A stretch of DNA of 64,000 nt, from assembly GCF_018977255.1 (NCBI RefSeq), contig NW_024704742.1, positions 43,154,001-43,218,000 of the forward strand, written 5' to 3'. The DNA is from Callorhinchus milii. Taxonomy: Eukaryota. Below the pieces are notes generated by a model, which worked only from the letters and a program-made list of their open reading frames with translations, was not told the DNA's origin and made no database searches. Of this stretch, positions 1 to 11,500 are shown in pieces (positions within the stretch are counted from its first letter, which is position 1; every line of letters begins with the position of its first letter). The position numbers were made by a program, and so were the translations under genes.

Positions 1-367
1 AATTAAGCATGAAACGTATAACTTTGATATGCATTCCTTAACTAATCTGTATTAATAAATATTAATTGATAGATGAATGTGTGTCGGTCCTTACTTCACC
101 ATAGGGTCACAAATTTATTTAACCCTTACAACTACATGCCAAAACCCTAATGAGTAGAGGGGTCCTGACTGCAAGTAGCAAGACGCTTGCCATAGTTCTG
201 CGAATGGTAAACTATGTAGTTTTAGTTGATTAATCGCCAGCGATATCCCACCTCTGCAGTCCCCCATGGCTTGGCTATTACCAACCTGTGCCTGATATAC
301 TTTGGGATTAGGTAAAGAGGGTACATCCTTCCAGAGAGAGAGTACGCATTCCTTTCCAGACACAGGG

Positions 368-423
368 AAGATCAGAATGCAGGAATGAATAAAGTCTTTC
401 AGTCAATCCACCTTCCCTTCATG
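368..423 (+). repeat. 56-bp exact direct repeat, copy 1
   Basis: AAGATCAGAATGCAGGAATGAATAAAGTCTTTCAGTCAATCCACCTTCCCTTCATG, identical at 1569-1624. Confidence 0.95.
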
Positions 424-469
424 TGAAGTTGGCATACATATGTGGAACGCTCAGTCTTGTTTGGATGAT

Positions 470-782
470 CAGGAGAGTGTAAAAAGGTGTAAAACATTTT
501 AAATGAGTTGGAAAAAGTAAATCCAGTTCAATACATAAGGCTGCGCCAAGGCAACATAGGTTTAAAGTTGTAAAGGGCAATTTCAAGACAGGAATTTTTT
601 CTTTACACAGAGATTAATCAACAATTCAAACAAATTGTTAAGGTGGTTGAGACTCAGTTAAACAATAATTTGATGCTATAATGGGGGTGTGAGGGGAGGA
701 GAGTGGGTGTTAGCATGAGTGTTCTGGAAGGATGAGATCAGATGGACTGAACATCCAAACCAATCCTGTGTGATTGTGTGAT
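470..782 (+). mobile_element. Decayed CR1 3' end
   Basis: AGGAATTTTTTCTTTACACAGAGA..GATGGACTGAA CR1-like 3' motifs. Similar decayed tails occur near 14220-14530, 17330-17450, 21590-21790, 30640-30810 and 37520-37790. Confidence 0.5.
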
Positions 783-999
783 AATGTCAAGCATGGTGAT
801 GGCATTCAGCAAGTGTAAAAAATCTAGCTAACCAAAAAAAATGATCTGTGCTTCAAACCCTACATCTGGTCCATTCCTAACACCACCTTTGTCTATCTCT
901 AGTGCCATTTTGTTTTTGTAGCACAATAAAGGTTTTCACACACTCTATTTTGGGTGAAAGGCAGAAACTGTCAGTAGACAATTAGTGTTGGTGGCTGTC

Positions 1000-1515
1000 T
1001 GATTCATTCAATTCCCTTGGGTATGTACCTAAGGCATCTGGTTTCCCCGATGGTCCAGTGAATCTGTGTATTCAATTTTGTTGGCAAACCACTGAAACCA
1101 CACACTTGCTTTGTCTGATTTCCCTGGTAGTCTATTAACAACGTCCGATTTCCTGGCAGTCCACCAGGTCTATGCATCTGTGCTTTCTGATTTCTTGAGG
1201 TAATCCTTTGGGTTCATGAATCCAAAATGTCCAATTTCTCTAAACTTCTGGTACATTTACAATTCTGATTGTGCTGGCAGTCTAGTGAATCTGGGAAACT
1301 ACACTGCCTTGTTAGTCTTGTGAGTCCGTGTGTTTATAGTATCCAATTTCCCTGGCAGCACATCTGATTTCCCTGGCACTCTACAGTAAATCTGCATGCC
1401 TGATTTCCCTGGCAATATTGTATGTTTATGTGTATGTGGCTGGGGTGTCTAATTTTCCTGGCAGTGGGCTGAACTCTCTCTCTACCATCCAATTTTTGTT
1501 GTAGTCTGGGGACAC
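1000..1515. repeat. Degenerate minisatellite, core TCYRATTTCCCTGGCAGT
   Basis: About a dozen imperfect copies at irregular 20-45 bp spacing. Confidence 0.8.
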
Positions 1516-1568
1516 TGTCTCTCTTTATCTGTCGCTTACCTTTAATTTTGTTCAAAAGGCTTGATAAA

Positions 1569-1624
1569 AAGATCAGAATGCAGGAATGAATAAAGTCTTT
1601 CAGTCAATCCACCTTCCCTTCATG
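1569..1624 (+). repeat. 56-bp exact direct repeat, copy 2
   Basis: Identical to 368-423. Confidence 0.95.
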
Positions 1625-1925
1625 GAACAATTTATTAAGGTTCAAATAGGAATGCACATAACCTGGAAAGGCTATTGCAATCTGTTCTACATTTTAAAAG
1701 ATATTAAGAAATAAAACAATGACTAAATAAATGATTCTACACTGTAGCTTTCAAATCCCTCAATTGAATTCTTAGCCAAATATTTATTTAATTCCTTCTC
1801 AAATTTATTGACACAATCTGTGTCCATTGGGTAGTCGAGTTCACACACTCTCTGTGTAAATAATTAAATCTGAAATTCCTTTCTCTCTTCTGTGTTCCCA
1901 TCCCTTGTTCTAGATTTTTGACATA

Positions 1926-2872
1926 CAGTTAAACCCTGTTATAAGCTGCTTCATTATCAAGCGGGATTTGCTTATCGCGCGGTTGTGGTTTGGACCCTGA
2001 CATTTACTTACACAAAAAATTAAAAATGCGAGAGGCAACACTAACAAAGTACGCTTGTATAGTGCCTTTCACGTCAGGAGGACGGGATAGCACTGGGCAG
2101 TCAGGGATTTGTACCTGAGCTGGTGGTTAGGATGAGGAGAGGTGGAGGGCGGGGAGGGCAAGGGTAGGAGGGTGACTGAAGGCATGGTCGAAGAGGAGGG
2201 TCTTGAGATGGGTTAAGAAGGAGGCAAAAAAGGGGACGAGGCAGAGGGACCTTGGGATAGAGTTCCAAAGGGTGGGGACAGAGAGGCTGAAGGCCCGCCC
2301 ACCAATGGTGGAGTGAACAAGGCGGGGGATGTGAAGCAGGCCCAGAACCTGCTGAGCGTAGGGAGCAGACAGGTTGGTCAGGAGTTAGGAGGTCACAGAG
2401 ATAGGCTGTGGAGGGTTTTGAACATGAGGACCAGGATCTTGAACTGTATCCCCTGTGTGATGTGGAGCCAGTGGTGTTGGGTGAGGATGGGGGTGATTGG
2501 GTCGGGGAGCCTGGCGCGGAAGAGGACATGGCTGCAGAGTTCTGGATGATCGTCAGCTGGTGGAGGGAGGACTTGGAGAGGCTGACAAGCAGGGAGTTTG
2601 TGTAGTCGAGCCTGGATGTGATGAACGTGTGGATGAGTGTCTCAGTGGCCTGTGGTGAACTGGAAACCGCCATTTTGGGTTGCTGTGTGCTGGCTGCCTT
2701 TTTGAAGTGGTACTGGACTCAGCCATCTCTCTACACACATGCATAGTGAATGCATAAGTGTTGACCAGGACTTATAGGTCCATAAAAACCCAATCAGCGC
2801 TATCACATCCTGTAACAGCTCTGCTCGGGTTTTTATGGATCCTAACTATTGCATTATAATGAGGTTTCACTG
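1926..2872. mobile_element. Tigger/pogo-type MITE with TA target sites
   Basis: TA|CAGTTAAACCCTGTTATAA ... TTATAATGAGGTTTCACTG|TA imperfect terminal inverted repeats. Confidence 0.65.
2040..2665 (-). mobile_element. L2 (LINE2) 3' fragment inserted in a MITE
   Basis: ORF 2101..2673 has TETLIHTFITSRLDYTNSLLVSL..IQNSAA, typical of the L2 ORF2 C-terminus; tail CCTGACGTGAAAGGCACTATAC. Confidence 0.88.
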
Positions 2873-2919
2873 TACAGGGCTGCTGGTTTCAGCCATCTAT
2901 CCAACATCCTTCTCATGTT

Positions 2920-3220
2920 GTAATAATAATAATAATAATCATCCTTACATTTGATTTAGCACTTTTCACACTGGAGTGAAGTCCTGTAGCTCAGTAGTTG
3001 GAGCACTCGCCTCGCAAGCAAGAGACCTGGGTTAGATTCCTGGCAGGGCGAAACATTGGGCAAGTTTCCTTGCTCCACACGCCTCTGTTTACTTAGCAAT
3101 AAGTAGGAACCCAGTTGTTAGTTGATTGGCAGATCACTTTTCCGGGGGTAATAATTGCTTAAAAAAAATAAATTGGTCACTCAATTCACAACTGTTTGTG
3201 GGACGCTGCTGTGCGCAATT
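2920..3220. mobile_element. Rearranged SINE of a longer subfamily: tail on minus (2920-2970), head and body on plus (2972-3220)
   Basis: (TAA)n plus reverse-complemented tail directly abuts the tRNA-like head; body stops at GTGCGCAATT. Confidence 0.8.
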
Positions 3221-3904
3221 ATTATTGGGAGGATTTCTCTAAGTGTATTCTGCAAAGTGGAGTGACTGTGTATGTCATGAGTGAATGAAGATAAGGGAAT
3301 ACAATTCATTTCTATTCCTCTTGTTTATTCACCTCCCCCAATATGCTCACATTTTTCTAGCTTAAACCAATACCAGTCTATTTGTTATATCAGGAATTGA
3401 CCTAATTTACTGTTGAATATTAAATCACGATTGGTCTCGTCTATGTTGCCTCTCATGTCAGCAGTCATTCATTCAAACATGGTCTCTTGAGCAGGACTCA
3501 CATGAAAATGAACCCAACATGAAGCAGCGCCTTCAGGAGAGGCAGGGAAATAATAGTGTGGCGGTGTAAAGGACTCAGAGAGGGAAACGCATGCCCTCAC
3601 ATCTATGATACTTCCAATTTGAGAGAAAAAAATGATGGGGGAATATAAATTGTCTGCATCAATAACACAGTAGCTTCATAAGCTGCACTGGCAGCTGCCT
3701 TATAAAAGTAACAAGGCTGTGTAATTTGCAATAATCTTTTAGCAAGGAGTCAAAGTTATGCCATCATTAGACTTAACATCTACTCATTGCAAATTGATCT
3801 ACTTCTGCTGTGTGTTTCTTTAGAGTCAACAAGAAGTCTAATAAGATTCCATCATGCCTTAATAAAAAAACATTAAAAATGTGAGCAAATTGCAGCCGAA
3901 GATT

Positions 3905-4350
3905 ATTATGATAATAATCCTTGCATTGATATAGTGCCTTATCATGTCGTCAAAATGTATCAAAGCACTTTGCAGGATTTACTGTAAAGTATTTTTTTTG
4001 ACTGTGTATTTTGTGGGTGAAACATGGCAGCCAGTTACGAAAAGCAATTGTGCCACAAACAGCCATGGCCTGAGTGACCAATTTTATTTGGGGATTTTGG
4101 CCAGGACACCAGGAGAAATTCCCCTCTCTTTCCGGGAGAAACTCCCTTCTCTTTTCGCAAAAGGGGATCTTTAGTGTCCATTTCAACAGGACCTTGGTTT
4201 AACGTCAGCACCTTCAAGAATGCAGCACACCCCCAGCACTGCATTGGAATGTCAGCTTAGACTATGTGATTCCAAGTCCCGAGGTGGGATTTGACCTCAC
4301 AATATTTTGACTCAGAGGCGAGAGTGCTACCACTGAGTCAAGCTGACACA
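3905..4350 (-). mobile_element. Older full-length DeuSINE (SacSINE1/AmnSINE1-like)
   Basis: Minus strand: GACTCAGTGGTAGCACTCTCGCCTCTGAGTCA head, AAGCTGACATTCCAATGCAGTGCTG, AAAGATCCC..AGGGAGTTTCTCC, TGGCTGCC core and the shared tail. Confidence 0.8.
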
Positions 4351-4599
4351 CTTCTAAAAAAACATGTTATTGACAATTATAACGACACTATTCTTTGGAA
4401 GTGTATTCTATGTATATACCTGTCTTTCCCAAAATAGTAAAAACATAAAGAGAGAAGCGCATTAATGCTGACAATCTGAAATAAAAAAATGCTGAAAATA
4501 TGCAGTAGGTGAATCTGCATCTGAAAGAGAAAAATAGACTAATGTATCAGATATGACCCTTCATTAGAATTACTGCAACTTATTTTATGACTAGAATTT

Positions 4600-7500
4600 A
4601 AATTCTGCTCTCTTCCCTCATGACCATAAGTATCCTGTTTGCTGAAATCAGATCAGTCACTGTCAATCCTTTAGTGTAAATGGGCCGCATCTGAAACGTA
4701 TGATCAGCTGAAGTATGCAAATCTAAGTATTTCACATAGGCTGGCTCATGGGACATAGCAAAAGGAAAATGTTTAAAAAGAAATGCCACCAGATGTTAAC
4801 GAAATAAAATCAGCACACTTATATAAATAGTACATTTGCCCACGAAAACTCAAGTTACTCCACTTTACAGATTATCCTGTGAAACATTTTGAGACATATT
4901 CAGGACTGAAAGGCACTATACCAAATGTAAGGATTATTATTTTTATGCTTTTTTTATATATATAAAATTTTCCAGACTGTGAGAAAAATGCCAGAGCAAA
5001 CAACCAGATGGTAACATCCACTAATTGTATTTTCAAAGGGAAGAGGAAAAGTGCAAAGCAAAAATAGAGATCAAATCTATTTACATGGAGTTCAGTTTTC
5101 AAATCTTGTATACCATTCCTTCTTTTCCTTTTTGTTCTTTAAAAGGATTGTCTGTTCACATGTGTCATACAGCTAGTGATATGTACACATAGGTATATTA
5201 ATGGTGAGAAAATGGGACATTCACTGTCATAATCGCTGATGCCAATTATGACATTGTCACATTTTTTGCTCTACTGCCTTTTTCCTCATTATCTGCAATG
5301 CTCTGTTTTAAATATACAAAATGTGTTTAATTCTTTGAGCCACAAAATTTGTTTGTATCCATAAATAGAATCTGACTGATCTAGCTGTGCACTGAGGCTT
5401 AAAATATCATGTGCTTGGCTCAAATTCAGTATATTAATGGAATCATACCCTACAGAAGATGTTGTATGGGTGGAGGAAGAAAGAGAGTAATTGAACCATA
5501 GTAAATCACGTTAAAGGACTCAGACATCAATTACCTCATCAATGCAGAAACATGCACTGCTCGTGATAACTGCAGAAGTGTATCTACAATGTTTTCAGTG
5601 AAAATGTGCTTTTTCAATAGAAGAGGTATAGTCGTATGCTTCTTACGGGTGCTGCAGGCAATCTGCCCCCATCTGTGTGCACATTCTCGCATAGTTATGC
5701 AGATGTAGTGGAAGAATTGCAATCAGCATTCAGCTTTAATAATCATTACCTCTGTGTGATAAAGATACTCTGTATTCTTTATTTAGCAAACACAGTTCAT
5801 ATCATTCAACCATGACAATTTGGGTCACGTTTGTGTGAAGTTTGCTACAACGCTACTGAATATAAGCCATGATGTGACAGAAATACCAATGTGATTTAAG
5901 ATTAGTGAATAAGCAAATCAACTCAACAGGAAAATTTGAGAGAACAGCAACTGATCAGATTTGTTGTGAGCCCAGGTGATTAATGAATTCATTTACCTCT
6001 TTCGGAGAGCCAGCACTGGCACAATGACCAAATAGCCTCCTGTGCTATAAATTTCTATCTGTTTCTGAAGCTCCGACAAGGGCAGACATACAATTACGGT
6101 TAACTCTGTAACTTGAATGTTAGCTTTCTCTCATATAAATGATATATATTTTTCTAAAAGAACTTTGAATGTTGCTATTTTAGTTTAGCACAAGCCATCA
6201 ATTATTAATCTGCGTGACTTATTCATTTGTGAGATCACTTGCATCACAATTCCTCCTAACCTCCAAAAGCATGCTTGCGTTGTTTTAAATTTGGGATGAT
6301 CATTACACAAACAGAGGACAGCGTTTGAAACCTTGTTTCCCTTTATTAGTTAGGTGAGGTTGATGAGAACTGCACATTAAAAAAAAATTCACAGTAATTT
6401 TATACAATGGTTCAACCACACAATACAGGTAGAAGTGTCAGCCAAAAGGAAGCTCAGACAGACGACATCTCTACTCCGATTTCCTGGTCAGCATGGTTCC
6501 ATCAACTAAAGTCATTGATACATTGTCACCCACAAACAGCACAGTATCCTCATAGGTTTTTATTTTACTTAATTAAAGGATCTGTCACACCAGTTAAAAT
6601 GAATAATCAAGTGATATAATACATTGCTATTCTAAGTATTTTACAGAGCAAATTTTATTTTACAATCATTAAAATCTTCATCACGGTCGCTAGACAGGAC
6701 AAAACATCATTACCCAAGTTGTAAAGAATTGCTGATAACTAACAGTTGCTATGAATGCACAGTTTCACTGATTTTGTTCTAGTTAGCCAATGTTACACAC
6801 AAAAACTATGAAATACTTCAGTAGCAATAGGTTAGATTAACATTTCCTAAAACACACAATAAGCACCTAATGAGGCTGGGTAATGTGCCTGGTCCTCCAC
6901 CTCACAACAATGATATGCTAAAATTAGAATTTTAAAAATAAACATTTATTGCTATTTTTGTATTTTTTTTACAATCTTGCTATTACAATAAAGAAGAGAA
7001 TATTCAAAATCCAGGGAAGAAAATGTAAACCTCAGTTTGGCATCATATGATAAAATGAGTTAAAAGACCTGAAATTTTACCTATTAAGTAATATTGCGAG
7101 CAGAGATAAAGACCAGTGGTACTACATTAATGAATGACTGGGTCAAAACCTTTTATATTGCTATCTGTATACTTATAAGGTTGACAACTTAGTTTAGCAA
7201 ACGTATGAAAATAATTTCCTAATGACAGCCATTAGGATCTCTTAATACAAATTTTTAGCATTGATGGAGAAATGAACTAAAAAAAAAGCACTTTCCTCAG
7301 GCGGAAGCACAATGCATTTAGATTCATAGTGTAAACGGGATAGGAGGGGGAGGGAAGCAGCTAAAGATTTTCCCACCCTTGTTTCCTCATTTCTCAGCAG
7401 ATCAGTAAAGTTAAACAAAGACAGGCTTAGTAATTGCTAACTTTAAATAACCATCCTTCAGTTTGGCTTTAATCTTCCCTTAAAATAGTCATAGTTTCAG

Positions 7501-8433
7501 AGGGGGAGGGTGGAGGAGAGAAATAATAGGTACTGTAATAAGTTAATAAGAAAGTGATGAATGATCTGCAATTTATTAACACATCAGAAATATTTTTTTT
7601 CCGAATATCAAGAGCAAATCAAATGCAACTTTTTTTATTAAAAAAAATTCTCCGGATTTATCAACTTCGATCTAGGTTAACGTAATGGACAAAATGAAAG
7701 CACCTTCAATGATTAAAAATAGCCATGGGGTTGCTGTCATGACTCACTCTCTAAATCATTCAACTGCAAGCTCATTGTAAAAGGCTACAGTACAGAAAAG
7801 GAGCAGCAGTCCAGGTGCTCGAAACACATACAAACTGCTTTACACATCTACTCAGTTTAGTGCCTTCCGAACTCTCTAAATATATTAATGTCCAATAAGT
7901 GTTTAATTTGTGATTACATTCTTAATTACTGAAAAGAAGGCTGCATTTACAGTGCATAGCTGTAACAAACAAAAAAGAACATTGTTTTATTTACACAAAA
8001 TAAAAATACTCAATTTAACATTAGTAAAGTTTGTACCTACAGTTCAGCATTTAGTAAATAAAAGATCTGAAACACCCCAGATATTTATCCCCAACTTTTG
8101 TCAGTAATGTAACACCACATCCAAATGTGAGAAAAAAATGCTGAACAAGCTGCACCTTCCATCAGATTATTGTGTATATCATGTGTAAAACTTCTTCTAG
8201 CCTATTGGTTGTGTTCTTGCATTTTGGATACCCTCAAGTGCCTTAGGTTTCTTATTAGATATCCTTCCAGATTCCTCACACACTGGAGCAGCTGTGTTCA
8301 TGTAAACTTTATTTGTACAGAGTGTAAAGAGGGATTAGATCCCGAGATGACTAATGCAAGTCCTTTAATGGTAAATGGCAGGATGCCTGCAAAGTCCTGC
8401 AGCTTCCTTCACGAGTGGCAAATTTGGCGTCTG
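4600..8433 (-). other. PPARGC1A: Probable long 3' UTR of PPARGC1A (distal end uncertain)
   Basis: About 3.8 kb of AU-rich, nearly repeat-free sequence after the stop. Several minus-strand AATAAA hexamers (near 7985, 7635, 6945, 6655, 6342, 5778) and miRNA seed matches. Confidence 0.55.
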
Positions 8434-8537
8434 TTACCTTCGCAAGCTTCTTTGTGCTTCTTTCAGCAAGGTGTCAAAATCCATCGAATCATACTTGCTT
8501 TTAGTAGAAGCAGGGTCAAAGTCATCAGAATTGGAAT
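8434..8537 (-). CDS. PPARGC1A: PPARGC1A exon 13 coding part (DSNSDDFDPASTKSKYDSMDFDTLLKEAQRSLRR*)
   Basis: TAG acceptor; TAA stop at 8436-8434; 104 nt. Confidence 0.97.
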
Positions 8538-11500
8538 CTACAACAGAAGAATATAGACATAAATGTTTATGTAAAAGTTCGAAATTTGGAAGGCTCAGTT
8601 ACTAACAACAACAACAACAACAAGATTCCATTTATAATGCGCCTTTCACGTCAGGAGGACGTCCCAAGGCGCTGTACAGTTGGGTCATGACCCGAGCAGG
8701 GGGGAAATGGTCAGGGTGAGGGAAGGGAGGGAGCGAGGAGGGGGGAAATGGTCAGGGTGAGGGGAAGGAAGGGAGGGAGCGAGGAGGAGAAAGAGAGTCG
8801 AGAGGGGAGCTGAAGGCACGGTCAAAGAGAAGACCTAAGAGAAGACCAGAAACTTGAGTGAGACTCAATTAGATGGATCCAGAGGATCACAGTTTGATGG
8901 CTAGCCTGGACTAGGCTGACTATTGTCATCCCAGTCTAGAGGAATATTAAAGGGCATGAGCAATGAGCAGAAGAATGAGATCAGATTAGGTGGCTCATGT
9001 GGAAAGAAATACATGTAGACTTGGTGGACTGAATCACCTATTTCTGTGTCAGTTCTCCCCAAGATCAAATAGTTTGATGAAACTCACAGTCTCAACTCAA
9101 ACAAAATAACTATTCTTGCATTTAATACAGCAGCTTACAACATTGTCAAGACATCTCCAAGTGCTCCACTGAATTTATTGTAAATTGGGGTAACTGTGAA
9201 GGGGAACACAGCAATTTACCACAGACAGCTATGAAGTGATTGACCGATTTTATCCGGGAGATTGCCAGTCAGGATATGGGGAGAAATTCCCTTCTCTTTT
9301 CAAATTGTGCCATGGAATCTTTAATGTCCACCTGTACAGGCAGATGTCTCCTGAAATTAAATATCCCCAAAATAGCACCTCCAACAATGCACAACGTGAA
9401 CCCACAAACTTTGACTCAGAGGTGAGTGTTGACCCTTGAATAATGAATACATAACATAGGCACAAGTTGGCAGCCAAAGTTTGTAGACTTGTACCTCTTA
9501 ATGAGTCGACCAACAGCTTTTGTAGCGGGGGAAAGAAAATTGGAGGAGGGGAAAAATCTCTACAGAATAGAAACTCGTAATAACAATTTGCTCTACCTCT
9601 TCTATCAAATTGAACATTTGTTTTTCTATACCATGGTTTCCAATTGTAGAGGCTTTTGTGTACCAACATCCATGATTTATTTTTCAACACTCACCATATT
9701 CATTCTGCACTCCGAGGAGTTGAATAATTGACTTCACTGTGTATAATTTATGTATTTTATTTAATAAAACCAATCTCTTTCATTTCAATCTCACAAAGCT
9801 TCATGAATTATACCACAGCTTTGATATTGAAGTCAATTTTCTTTTATCCTCAATCTAGTCTTTTCTATTTAGTATTGCAAAAGAAATGGAATAACTCCCA
9901 ACTCTATTTTATTTATACACTATCTATGTTTTTTCACATACTATTCTTTTTAATTTAAAAAGAATTTAAATTTCTTGTCCAATTAAAATTGTGGAGTCCT
10001 GTAGCTCAATGGTTAGAGCACTCACTTTGCAAGTGAGAGACCTGAGTTCAATTCCAGGCAGAGGGCGAAACCTTGGGCAAGTTTCCTTACTCCACACAGA
10101 GCCTAATAATAATCCCTTCAAAACCAAAAACAATAATAAATTAGTTATTTTCAATCTACGACTGTTTGTGGGACATTGCTGTGCGCAATTGGCTGCCGCG
10201 TTCGCCCACAAATATACAATCATTTCACTTTACAGTGTGTTCTGTGAAGCGCTTTGGGACGTCCTCCCGACGTGAAAAGCGCTATATCAAATGCAAGGAT
10301 TTTTAAAAAAGTTTTTTTTCTGATTTTCTCTCCACTGGCACAATCCTTATAATCTTTACATTTTGTATAGCACCTTGCTATAGTCCCATCTGCCTGTTCA
10401 GGTGGATGTTAAAGATCCCATGGCACTATTCAAAAAGAGAAGGGAGTTTCTCCTGAACAACAATTCCCCAAAATAAAATTGGGCATTCACTCCATGGCTG
10501 CCTGTGGGACATTCAGCCTTGGTAGTGAGTGATGACTTGTTCTCTGTTCATTTAGACCTGTCTGGTATAAATATTTATATGAAATAAAACTTACAAATTC
10601 TTCAAAACCAGGAACCCTATTTGGATTTTAAATAGTTATGTCTGCTAACAAAGTAGTTTAAAAATGAAAAATCCTCTTTCTCAAAGGTTAAAGAGGCAAT
10701 TCATCAACTGTAGAGGGTGTCAGAGCCAAACCTGAACTCTCCACAGCCAGCTGCCACACGCGTACACATCCAGTAGAAGGTGTTGAGAGGTTTTCATCTC
10801 TCTAAACTTAGGAAGGTCAAGATCAATTTAATCTCCCCATGGACCAGGATTTGAAGCAGCACTCTCAAACCACATCTGTACAGTACACCATTGGGGCTGC
10901 CTTATTCATATATTTTTTAATTTCTCAGCTAAAGATGAACCTACTAACGTTTTTGATGTACTTCATCTGAACAAATGCATTGTCCTTCACTATTTTCTAG
11001 ATCTCTGTTCTCTTTAATACATGAAAGAATGGTATCAGCATTGTATTTACTTACCCTCCATTTTATAATGAACTAATTCAGTCAGTACTGTGCATATTCC
11101 ATCGTCTATTTTCTTCTAGGTGTCCTACCTTCATATTGTGCAGACTCCTTTAGTCACCATTTATACTTCAATTCAGTTGCTATTTGTATTGCTTTCAATA
11201 TGGAACACTTATTGATGTCAGAATAAGAATATAGTAGTTGACACTCACTGATCTCACAGCAAATTAAACTATTTCCCCAAGACTAAACTGGTTGAAAAAT
11301 TCCTATAGTAGGTATTCCATTACAATGAATTATTTTTGGTTCTGATTAATTCCTATTTCATCCTTCTTCTGCCTGCAATGCGTGTATGATACATTTTGTT
11401 TTAATCCACCTACTAGCTCATTAAGGTGATGTATACTTTTGTCTGCTTTAGGTATTCCCCTCCCTGCAAGTCATTAACAAGTAATTATGGAAAAGATTCC

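Noticed and set aside
1000..1515. CRISPR-like repeat/spacer look
   Set aside because: Repeats are degenerate, spacers are related to each other and irregular, there are no cas genes, and the context is vertebrate.
8170..8605. Plus-strand ORFs over exon 13 (and similar ones over exons 3, 7, 8, 10)
   Set aside because: Antisense shadows of coding exons with no independent support.
9991..10072. tRNA-Ala(TGC)-like sequence (also at 21815, 53235, 48085 minus, 2972)
   Set aside because: It is the SINE head: the acceptor stem is poor and it continues into the SINE body and tail in every copy.
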